From positions 74,462,001 through 74,526,000 of the forward strand of contig JANJGN010000002.1 in NCBI GenBank assembly GCA_026770705.1: a DNA stretch of 64,000 nt, given 5' to 3'. Below the pieces are notes generated by a model, which saw only the letters and a list, made by a program, of their open reading frames with translations, did no database searches and was not told the DNA's origin. The translations under genes were made by a program, and so were the position numbers. This document shows positions 13,034 to 23,202 of the stretch, in pieces. The stretch comes from Isurus oxyrinchus. Its lineage: Eukaryota. Within the stretch, counting starts at the first letter, position 1; each line of letters opens with the position of its first letter.

Positions 13034-16000
13034 GGACAGAATCGTCCCAGATTTGCACAAAGTGCAGTAGCAGGCGGGAAATAGAACGTTTTACCCACTG
13101 GCCACAATGGCGGCTTTTCATGCCATATCATCTCATTCCCAGCATTAATAATGCATTCATGGAAACATGCCAGATCACTGGCAGGCAGGCTCAGGTTTGC
13201 CCATGATGCCATGACCTTAGCGCTTCCTGATTCCAAGCGCCATATTTAAACACCAGAGCACAGCCTACTTCATGTCTTCAAACCAGGACTGCTCCAGGCG
13301 ACAGATGGCCCCAAAAGCATTGAAGACAGCAGCCTGTCTGGGGCACCTGTTGGATGCAGTGGAAGGCCGCCACGATATTTTCTACCCCTGCTTTGGTGGA
13401 TTCTGGAGGTCCACCAGAGTCACCAATCTGGCCTGGGAGGCGGTGGCAACAGCGGTCAGCACTACCAGAGCACAGAGGTCAGCTATGCAATGAATGATCT
13501 CATCCATTCCGCCAGGATAAGTCAACCACCTCATCACTCTCACTTCTCTCACTCTGAAACCCATCACACATCCACAGGGATCTCACACCTCAATGGACAA
13601 CACAACTAACTCTCTCACACAGTCTCACATCTCCATCAGACTCATATCCTTTGGAGCATACATATTCATCCCATCCATGGCTCCACTGATCACACAAACA
13701 TTTCACGCAGTGCCATGCGTCTTCTCACATTCTCGCCATCTGTTTTCATGCAGAAGCTGGCTGACGACAGCAGGAAGAGGTCCCAGAATAGAGATGGAAT
13801 GACCCATATTAGGCCCCTCACTCATTTTGAAGAACATGCCATCGTGCTGACTGGTGAGGACATGGACCATGCCTGCAGCTAAAGGTGAGGTTGGCAGTGA
13901 ACACCCACGTGAGGACCCTGCACCCCATCATCCCTTTCTCAACACAACTGTGAATGCCCTCTCTCCTGCTTTTGACAGTGCTGCCATGCACTAATCATCT
14001 CTACTTTAGTTCACAGGGAGCTCTGTCAAGCGACTGACGCCCTCAGCCAGCCAGTCCCTCAGCTCCATCCATATCCTCATCTCCACTGAAGAGCTGGAAA
14101 TAAGCAACTTGGAAGACCTGTGACAGCGCTTACCCACACCCTCCACCAGCGCAGAGATACACACCTCAGTAGGGTCTGGATCGAGAGCAGACCCGGGTTC
14201 ACAATCTGGTGGTCACCGCACGGACACATGTCTGCAGCAGGAGGAAGCAGGTTCATCCGAGCTCCCCAGCACTCTGAGGACTGCTGGGAAGAGGCATCTG
14301 TGAGGTCCGGCTCAGATGATGAACCTCTGGATTCACCCTCAGCTCATCCTGGAGAGTCAGCAGAAGGCAGAGCTGTTGGAATCCCTCAACAGAGTGGCAT
14401 GCGAGTCAGAGGAGTACGTCCGCCTGCTCTCTGAAGAAGTGATGCCCACATGTGCGCCTATGGAGGTCTCCATGGGCAGGATGGTGGAAGGCATGGAGAC
14501 CCTGGACCAGCAGAACGCAGAGATGTGTGCAGCCATGGGCGAGTTCTTGCAGTGGCAACACGACAGGGAAACAGGCACCTTGACATCCCTCCAGGTGCTT
14601 CTTCACCTCAAGGAGTCAGGCACCCAAAGGGATGAGGAGCGACAGCTGGACACTCCTTGGTTATCCACTCAGGAATCTCAGTCTGTCCTCTCCCTCTGAG
14701 TCCCCTTTGCCTGTGACCTCCTCAACCTCGTCCTCTGTCACTACAGAGGGAGCAGCTAGCCCACAGGAGGACAGCCAAAGCAAGCTGGGGTCCTCAAGGC
14801 CTCAGCTCTCCAGAGGGTCCATGCCAAAGTCATCAGAGGCAACAGGCCCAACCATTGCACAGGTTCTCTTCACCTGCCGAGGATGTCAGGGCAGCACCTA
14901 GATGAAGTGGTACAGCTAGAAAAGTAAAGAATTTCTGATCACAAGTGACTACACGGGTGAACACATTTTGTCACTTTATAATCTGAAATCATAATCACTT
15001 TCACTGAATAATGTGTAATGTTGCCTTTCAGCTTCATTTACAGGCTTCACGAGACCTCCCCCTGCACACAACCGGACCACGAGCGATTTTGGAGGGAGAA
15101 GTGTGTATGGCATAGCCTTTCGGTGCCTCATGCAAGCATTCTCCCATGGATGCGAAGTCTTCATCCATCACGCCCATCTCAATGCCCTGAGCATTTTCAA
15201 TGCTGCCTGCCGGGGTTCCCTTTCAATTGTCCATTTAAGCTGACCCGCATCTTAGCCCACCCACTGACTGCACTCCCATGCAGCACCTGTGTCTCTCCGT
15301 GAGGCCCCGCTTACTTTTGATTTGAAAAACATGGTCGTAGTCAAGTTTCTCATAAGCTCCCTTGACCTCTCCCCTCTCCCAGTCATCCATGTCCTTTTCC
15401 CCATCACTGTTGACCCCCTGACATCACCTTCCACCTCCCCACCATCACCTACCAACTCGAACTCTTTTCTTTCCAGAATGTCCAGGTGAACATGCACATT
15501 CCCTACCTTCCTGAGAATCCCAGCCCCATCGACATTGACCTCCCTGACCTCCTCCTTCCCAACCCCTGGGGGTCTGCCCCCGGGTTCCCACCAATAATCC
15601 CTGCTGTCCCTTTTATCACTGCTGTCACACCCTCACCCTCCCGGGTCACTCTGCCCCGTCTCATACTCACCATTCCCTTGTACCATGCACATCCTCAGTT
15701 CGCTATCTACCCCCACCCCTTTTCACCTCCACCCACCACCCAGGCTCCTCCTCCTCCCCCACTGGACTCTTTCCTCCCTCCAGACTCCTTCCCTTATGCC
15801 TTCCTCACCCTAGTACACCTACTTCCCCACTTGCGCATTCACCCCCATTACACCTTCCTCCCCCTGTTCTCCCTCTTCCCAAACTCACCCTACCCCCAAC
15901 ACCTTCAATCCCCCCTGCCCCCCAACAGCCGCAGCCTACCTTCCTCTCCCAGTCACAGCCGGGCCTTCCTCTCCAACCCTCGCCAATCACCTGTAGCCGC

Positions 16001-16490
16001 CCATGGCTAAGACCATGATGTTCCGAAGCAGACCAAAACATCAATGCGGCAGAGCCATGTCCATGGAAGTCAACCCAACATACAATGCCCAGCTTCCTCC
16101 ATGTTCCGGTAGCTGTAGGGTTCCAGCATATTCTGCTCCTCAGCTCTCTGTGATCTGAGCAAGGGCCTAACAGTAAGATCTGACATCTGGACAATTGTGA
16201 TGTGCAGAAGTGTTTTGGACTGAAAGTGTTTTCCCACTGGTGTAACGGTAAATCTGGCATGGAGAGGGGGGGGGTGGATTCTGGTCGGGCCTTACTTTGC
16301 TGAATGCAAAAATCGATTTCACACTGGTGTGAAAGCAGGATTGGTGTTCCCGAATGCGGACACCATCGATGATCCCATTGTGTTTTCACACCAGTGTGAA
16401 ATCGATTTTTGGCTTTCTCGCCATTCTCCTCCCCCCAACACCGCCCACTTACCATGATGCCTGACACCAACAGGGCTGGAAATTCCAGCC
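13034..16490 (+). mobile_element. PIF/Harbinger transposon A (Myb/SANT gene only, no transposase)
   Basis: Ends ggacagaatcgtccc and ggaaattccagcc; colinear with 59167-63705; left end homologous to the end of element B at 25389. Confidence 0.85.
13305..14938 (+). pseudogene. Harbinger Myb/SANT-like DNA-binding protein, 3 exons (13305-13516, 13754-13908, 14017-14938), disrupted
   Basis: LLDAVEGRHDIFYP..AWEAVATAVS..RSAMQ SANT-like motif; intron 1 donor mutated to ataagt; branch point cactaat and acceptor tcacag; ends RKVKNF*. Confidence 0.8.
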
Positions 16491-16597
16491 AGTACTTTCT
16501 TGAAAATCCACTGTCAATTTTCCATCCTTTGCTTTGCAGCTGCACTGGAGGTAAGGGGAACGGGAGCTATTGATTGGATTGAGTTCTTGAATCATAC

Positions 16598-16692
16598 CTT
16601 CAGCAGGTCTGGCAGCCTCTATGGAGGGAGATCTAATGTTCTGAGTCCAGTGTGAAGAATCACATTGGACTCAAAGCTAATACTGACCCCAT
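16598..16692. mobile_element. Old short palindromic PLE derivative
   Basis: tcagcaggtctggcagc pLTR motif; inverted repeat tgagtccagtgtga / tcacattggactca. Confidence 0.6.
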
Positions 16693-16741
16693 GAAGTTAC
16701 TTTTTAAACCAAGACCAAAATCAGGCAGGGTTCTTTGAGTA

Positions 16742-16993
16742 AAATAAAAGCAAAATACTGTCGATGCTGGAAATCTGGAATAAAAATAAAAATAGCTGGA
16801 AAAACTCAGCAAGTCTGACAGCATCTGTGGAGAGGAATACAGCGTTAACGTGTTGAGTCCGAATGATTCTTCATCAGAACCCTTTCATGAGTTCTGATGA
16901 AGAGTCATTCGAACTCGACACGTTAACGCTGTCTTCCTCTCTACAGATGCTGTCAGACCTGCTGAGCTTTTCCAGCTAATTTTGTTTTTGTTT
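16742..16993. mobile_element. Palindromic double-hammerhead PLE derivative with ~16-bp TSD
   Basis: Arms ~16775-16880 and 16891-16996 are inverted copies; CTGATGA core on each strand; TSD cagggttctttgagta / cagggctcttagagta. Confidence 0.9.
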
Positions 16994-17734
16994 CAGGGCT
17001 CTTAGAGTATTTGTTTTAGTTATTTCAGTCATACAAAATCACAAAAAGCATTACAATGTTACTCATCACACATCAAGTTTACCCATGAATAGCTGAGTCA
17101 TGTATACCAGCAGGCATTAGTTTCAGCCACTGCCATGTTAGGTTAGCCAGAGTTTGGATTCGTTTTTTGATTTCTGAGACTTTAAAACTTTATCCCCCCA
17201 AACCCCCCCTCCACAGAAAGAACATAAGGGAACCTTACCTCCAGCATACATCAGGAAACTGTATACAGCCAGCTGTGATTTCACCGGGAGGCTATGCAGA
17301 AATTTTAGCCCATCGCCTTTCCTTTCAAAAGCTTACATTTTGGTAATAGTTTTTGTGTTTAAATGAACGGAAAATGAAATGCTTTTCCACTTGGACCACC
17401 CAGTTTCAGCATCAAGCACTGAGTCTTTGATTAAAACTCCCTTTACCAACAAAATGCTTTATACCCAACTCAGAACAACCCACAAATCCAGGCTGAAACA
17501 GGGTTGTTTCATTTTTCAAATCAATTATTTTAATTTTTCTTCTTGGGAGGGCCAGAAATTGCCCAAATTTACTATACAAGTCTCTTATAGCTAAATAAAA
17601 GCAGAAACTTTCCTGTAGTTATTCAAACCCAGAAACTGGATAAGAGGTAATAAATAAAATTACTGCGCCAACCAATGCCCCAAATAGGACTTTCATTTAT
17701 TCTACAGAAGGCTCTACACACAATCAGCCTGAGG

Positions 17735-18172
17735 CACCAGGCCACAATCAGGGAGCACAGGTGAGTGAATGTGAAATCGGTGGGAGGCCATCAAGCAGCC
17801 CGTGCTTCCCTTGAACCGCCAAGTTTCCCAAGGCCTGGGAGACCCAGTCAGTCAGTGTTAAAGCTAAAGCAGGGAAAATCTTAAGCACATAGCCTCATTA
17901 AAGTATCTAAATGATAAACCCACCTCTGAGAGTAGGGTGGTAATCTGCACCCAACCCCCATCCTGCCTCCATTAAAACTGGAAGAAGAGTCATACGGACT
18001 TGAAAGATTAACTCTGTTTTTCTCTCCCCACAGATGCTGCCAGACCTGCTGAGTTTTTCAGCTTTTTCTGTTTTTGTTTTGGTTCAAGGTGGGTTGGTTC
18101 AGTTTGAAATTGTCAAAATTTTAATATCCCACCTGACCCAAACCAAACATTTTGGGGGCTTAAACTCACCCC
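17735..18172. mobile_element. Degenerate Harbinger-like MITE containing a PLE pLTR fragment (17976-18080, +)
   Basis: End ttaaactcacccc resembles other Harbinger termini here; internal gaagaagagtcatacggacttgaaagattaactc HHR-like motif. Confidence 0.5.
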
Positions 18173-18399
18173 ATTGTAGCAGACACTTTTAAAGCAGAAT
18201 CTGAACTCAAGCATTCTTCAACCTAGCTGTAATAGTCGTAAAATCTGAAAGAATCGGCAAATAAAATGATACCTTTAAACCCATTACTCAGTTAAATTCT
18301 GCCACACGCACTGCTTCTATTTGCTCAATAAAGATCAACAACAGAGATTAACAAACAGATTTATTGCTATACGTAACCACACCCTGTCCACCCACATAT

Positions 18400-19420
18400 C
18401 AGAACCAAATGTTCTTTTAAATTGGAAAATTGTGCGCGTCATTCTGCTTTTTAAGAAAAGGTGAGGTTGGGGGGGAACCAGGGAATTATACAGAGATAGC
18501 AATAGATTAAGTGAATAGGTAAAACTTGCAAATGGATTTCAACGTAGACAATTGTAAAGTGACCCACTTTGTGTTTAAGTTGATAGAACATGGTACTTTC
18601 TAAACAGTGAAAAGCTAGAAACAGTGGAGGGCTAAAGGGACTTGTGAATCCAGGTAGATAGGTTATTAAATGTCAGGAACTAGTTCTGTTGAAGGGTCAT
18701 GAGGACTCGAAACGTCAACTCTTTTCTTCTCCGCCAATGCTGTCAGACCTGCTGAGTTTTTCCAGGTAATTCTGTTTTTGTTTTGGATTTCCAGCATACG
18801 CAGGTTTTTGTTTTTATCAGAAAATAATCAAAAAGGTTAATGGAATTCTTTATACTTAGAGGGTTTAAACACATGGGAGTGGAAGTCATGCTTCAGCTGT
18901 ACATAACACTGGTTAAACCACACCTGGAAAACTATGAGCAGTTCTGAGCATGACACCCTAGGAAAGATTCTGACCTTGGAGGGATTGCAAAGTAGATTTA
19001 CCAGAATAATACCTGGACTCCAAAGGGTTAAATTGTGAGGGCAGATTTTAGAATTTAGAAGGTAATGGGTGATTTGACAGGAGTTATCAAGATATTTTGG
19101 GGAAACAATAAGGCATAGGGTCTAGCATTAGTGGCATCATCTAAAAATTAGAGCAAGACCTTTCAGGAGTGAAATTAGGAAAACACTTCTACACACAAAA
19201 GGATGGCAGAAGTTTGGAACTCTCTTTTGCGAATGGTAATTGATACTAAGCTCATTGTTAACTTCCAAACTGGGACTGATAAACAAACATCAAAGGTATT
19301 AAGGGATATGGGGCAAAAGTGAGCATAAGCAGTTAGGTTACAGGTCAGCAATGATCTCAATGAATGGCAGAACAGGCGTGATGGGCTAAATAGTAACTCC
19401 TGTTACTATTTTCCTACACT
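18400..19420 (+). mobile_element. CR1 LINE fragment interrupted by PLE pLTR
   Basis: Degraded RT C-terminus (LVKPHLE) and CR1 3' UTR. Confidence 0.8.
18677..18818 (+). mobile_element. PLE pLTR copy with hammerhead (18682-18720, core CUGUUGA)
   Basis: Near-identical to the reverse complement of 8758-8856: agtt-CTGTTGA-a-gggtc-atgag-gactc-GAAA-C-GTC-aact. Confidence 0.9.
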
Positions 19421-19504
19421 TGACATTTTCTTCATAAATCAACCAGTTGCAGATGCAGCTGTCCATGGCAACACTGATACCAGTAACATTCTTGTAAAGA
19501 AAAA

Positions 19505-19926
19505 AAATTGCTTTTATGTAGCACTTTTCATGACCACTTTGCAACCAACGAAGTATTTTTGAAGTGTAGTCACTATTGTAATGTAGGAAACGTGACAGTT
19601 ATTTTGCAGGCGACAAGCTCCCAGAGTGCTGTGATAATGACAAGATAATCCATTTCTGTGATGTCGATTGAGACATAAATACTGGTACGGACACAGGGGA
19701 TAAATCCTATGCTCCACTTCAAAATAGTGCCATGGAATCTGACAGGGCAGATGGGGCCTTAGTATAATGTCTCTTCCAAAAGACAGCCCTGCTGGCAGTG
19801 CAGCGCTCCCTCAGTATTGAAGTGAACTGTCAGTTAATTTTTGTGCTGAAGTCTTGGAATAGATTTGAACACGGAGGCTTCTGACTCAGAGAAACTAGTG
19901 CTGCCAACTGAGTCACAGCTGATACT
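19505..19926 (-). mobile_element. DeuSINE-superfamily tRNA SINE (SacSINE1/AmnSINE1-like)
   Basis: Deu-domain-like tactgagggagcgctgcactg..gtcttttggaagagac..ccatggcactatttt on minus strand; tRNA-like head; L2-type tail. Confidence 0.8.
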
Positions 19927-20478
19927 GACAAAGTCCCATCTTCGCACTGAGAACGCCCTCTATTGTGCTGCGTGACACTATCATCATGCTAAATGGAACA
20001 GATTCAGAACAGATCTAGCAGCTCAGAACTAGCTATCCATCAAGGTAGTGTGGGCCATCAGTAGCCAAAGAATTGCATTCCATCACAATCTGTAATCTTA
20101 TGGCTCAGCAAATCCCTTACTTCCATCGCCGTTGTTGTGATCTCGGTGGAGACCAGTAACTTCTAATAAATTCAAACTCGCAGTTATTAACTGGAAGAAG
20201 TATGCCACAAGATTTCATGTTTTAAACAAAACTTTTAGAGTATAAGAGTTAAGCAAAGTACTACTAACAACACTATAATTTGTAAACGCCTACACTTTAA
20301 ACCTGAAGCCCTCAACAGTACACTCCCCGTTCTACTTTTATACCCACCAAAGTGTTTTCCTATACTTTCCAGGATCTTGAAGGTTCCTTCACTTCTCCTG
20401 GGGCCAAACCAAGGGGTGCCACACTTCAGGAATTCAATGCTTCTCCTCAGTATTCTTGCTATTCCCCGAGGTATAAAG

Positions 20479-20727
20479 GGTGGCAGTGACATAGTGGTAT
20501 TGTCACTAGACTGGTATTAAAGAGACCCAGGGTAATGCTCTGGGGACTTGGGTTCAATCCCACGACAGCAGATGGTGAAATTTGAATTCAGTAAAAATCT
20601 GGATGATGATGACCATGAAACCATTGTCGATTGTTGTAACAACCCATCTGGTTCATTAATGTCCTTTAGGGAAGGAAATCTGCTGTCCTTACCTGGTCTG
20701 ACCTACATGCGACTCCACACCCACAGT
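20479..20727 (+). mobile_element. tRNA-derived SINE (Meta-domain/MER131-like core), 3'-truncated
   Basis: A-box-like tgacatagtgg, B box ggttcaatccc; core atgtcctttagggaaggaaatctgc; homologous to 23628-23985. Confidence 0.8.
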
Positions 20728-21789
20728 AAAAAAATTTCTTGGCGCTTTTTCATTAGGCAAACCTTCCAATTCTCCTTCAACATCTCAAGTTGTGGCTCCC
20801 CAGCTCAAGTTTAGGCCTCACTGCATTCTTGCTTAGTGACACCAAATCAGAAACACCCTGGTTTCAGGTAGCCCTCTGCTGCTGATTCCAGTGGCTTTAC
20901 AGCTCCTGACCCAAACTCCAACTGCAACCTGCAGCTTTCTCTTGCTGCCTGTTCCCAGAAGCCCACTGCCCCTTCCTGTGGGAAATTACAGATATAAAAA
21001 CTCAAACCAAACAAAGTGCCTCCATGCAATCTATCTTAACAGCAATGTGGCACACCTGGGATGTCCCAGATAGAAATTTGAACTAATTATCTCCAATTCC
21101 CAAACCTCCCCTTTATTCTGGGAAACCATATGAATAATTTAAACCCCTTGAGACAGCTATACACATCCTGGGCAGATACATCCGTGCCTGTTGGCATCGG
21201 GCATGCTAGGCAGCGTGAGCAGACAATATGGCAAGAAGACCAGAAATCAGTTCCATGACGTTGTGAAACCAGTTTGCAATTGTCCACTCAGCCCATCAAT
21301 GGCGAGTCCCGTTTCCTGCCATCGGACATTGGGAGCTTCATTCTAATACATCTGCACATCATTATAAGGCCAATCCGCCGGAATCATCCGCACCCACCTC
21401 CCCCTCCACCAATCTGCCTGTAATTGCACGCCAACGTGTTTCACATTTGCATACACTTGGTGGGCTGTACTTTGAGGGAAACTGGGAGGTGAGTACACAG
21501 TAACATTGAGCAGCGTCGCCCAAGTTGCCTGTTGGACTTCTAAGTTGAGGCACGTTAGAGGTGTGGGGGAAAGGCTGCCCTGCAGTTGGAGGTAGTGCAC
21601 AAGCACATGTGGGATGGGGTGAGGGAAGTGACCACGCATTAAGGGAACCTTGTATAAAGTGACCATTCCTCTGCAGCTGAAACAGTTCAGACACAGCCAC
21701 ATTGACATGTGTGGAGTCGGGCCTCCAGCTTATCTGCTCACTCAACCAACGCAGAGGTATTAAAGAGCCACCAAATGCTCCAGAACTTT

Positions 21790-22289
21790 TCACCCCTCAG
21801 ACACAGACTGCAAACTAATGAGCATTTAGTGGACTGCAGAACAGTTGGACGACTGGGCACTTTGTACAATCTCCTTGCTAAAGCTGGCCATGGGGCAGTC
21901 ACTGGTGGAGGCACTCACAGCCCCTTGCAATGTCATCATATCACAACTTGGTGGAGCAAACCATTGGGATGCTGAAAATGAGGTTCTGGTGCCTGGACTG
22001 GTCTTGTGGAGCCCTGAAATATAGTCCACAGAGGGTGTCACACATCATCGTCGCCTGTTGCGCCGTTTCCAACCTGGCGCTGCAACAGGGAGAGGAGCTG
22101 GCTGAGGAGGAGATGCAGGAGATGGAGGTCTCTTCCAATGAAGAGGGCATCGATGGTGATGAGGATGAGGAGGTCCTCGAAGGCAACGATGATGGTAATG
22201 AGGCCTTCACACTTGCCAGACGAGGTAGGCGTGCTCGGCAGGCTCTCATAGCTGCTAGATTTGTAAAGGATGATGACAACATACAGTGA
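21790..22289 (+). pseudogene. Harbinger (HARBI1-like) DDE transposase, C-terminal remnant
   Basis: LVEQTIGMLKMRFWCLDWSCGALKYSPQRVSHIIVACCAVSNLA, acidic tract, RQALIAARF. Confidence 0.9.
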
Positions 22290-23012
22290 GGAGATGCCAT
22301 GGGTCCTCACATTGTATCTACGAACGTTTGATTCCAGTCTGGCTGATGGCAGGACGAATACCCTCTGTGAGAATGCTCCTGTCATTAAGATGCAGTGGAG
22401 CCCTAATAGTCACTTGACTGCAGGAGGATGATGACGACGACATTATGTGAGGATACTCCACAGATCTCCACATAGCCTCTGAGAATGTTTGACTCCTGTC
22501 TGTCTGAGGGCAGCTTACTTGCGATCTTGTGATCAGAGTCACATCATGGAGACACGACGATGGAACTTTAAAAGCACCTGATCCTTTGTCCGCCTTCAGC
22601 ACTGAGCCTTTCAGGAGCAGAGTGTTGCTGGTCACAAATGCTGAAGAGTTGGGGGCCAGCCCCACCTAAAAAGGTGCTGAAAGCACACAGAAGGAATGAT
22701 GGAACTCTGCAACACCTGCCCACGACATTCTGGCAGCAATGACAAGCACCGTCAAGGTGCAAGCATCAGTAATAGGTCCAGGGAGTGAGGCACCAGACCA
22801 TCACTTCAGTCTGAAGGCTGTGCAAAGCACAGGGAAGAGGCCCTGGACTGAGACAACTCGTGCAGAAAGGTTTTACATCTGAGTGACATGAACACTGCTC
22901 ATCAGAACAAGGAACCAAAGGCAGAGGGACATTCTTGGGAGTTTATTTACAATAGTGAGCATTATGTACGAATGATCAATGCCCATGCCCAGGCTGTGCA
23001 AATAACATCTTC

Positions 23013-23202
23013 CTTCCGTGCTCAGTGGGCACTGACGGGACTGAGATGTTTTATTGATCACTTTAATCACATTTTGGTTTAATGTTTGTAAGTTTCCTTT
23101 AAATTTTGCCTTTTGTTTTTGCAGATTCTCTTTAAGGGGCTGCTTTTTAATTTATCCCTTGATTTGTTCATTTAATTTATTTGTTTTGGATTCGAAAGAG
23201 TT
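23013..23202 (+). mobile_element. Short 5'-truncated LINE 3' end (probably Tx1/L1 clade) with 8-bp TSD
   Basis: acatcttc at 23005-23012 and 23203-23210; codes FRAQWALTGLRCFIDHFNHILV* followed by a T-rich UTR. Confidence 0.6.

Noticed and set aside
15486-16010. Proline-rich ORFs here and at 60275-60901
   Set aside because: Compositional consequence of the C-rich tract; the reading frame is not conserved between the two homologous copies.
17239-17590. Selenoprotein-like frame with TGA-TGC-TGA at 17406-17414
   Set aside because: The frame later ends in TAG, no SECIS was identified and there is no similarity to known selenoproteins.
20479-20570. tRNA gene
   Set aside because: A/B boxes belong to a SINE head; no cloverleaf, and the sequence continues into the SINE core.
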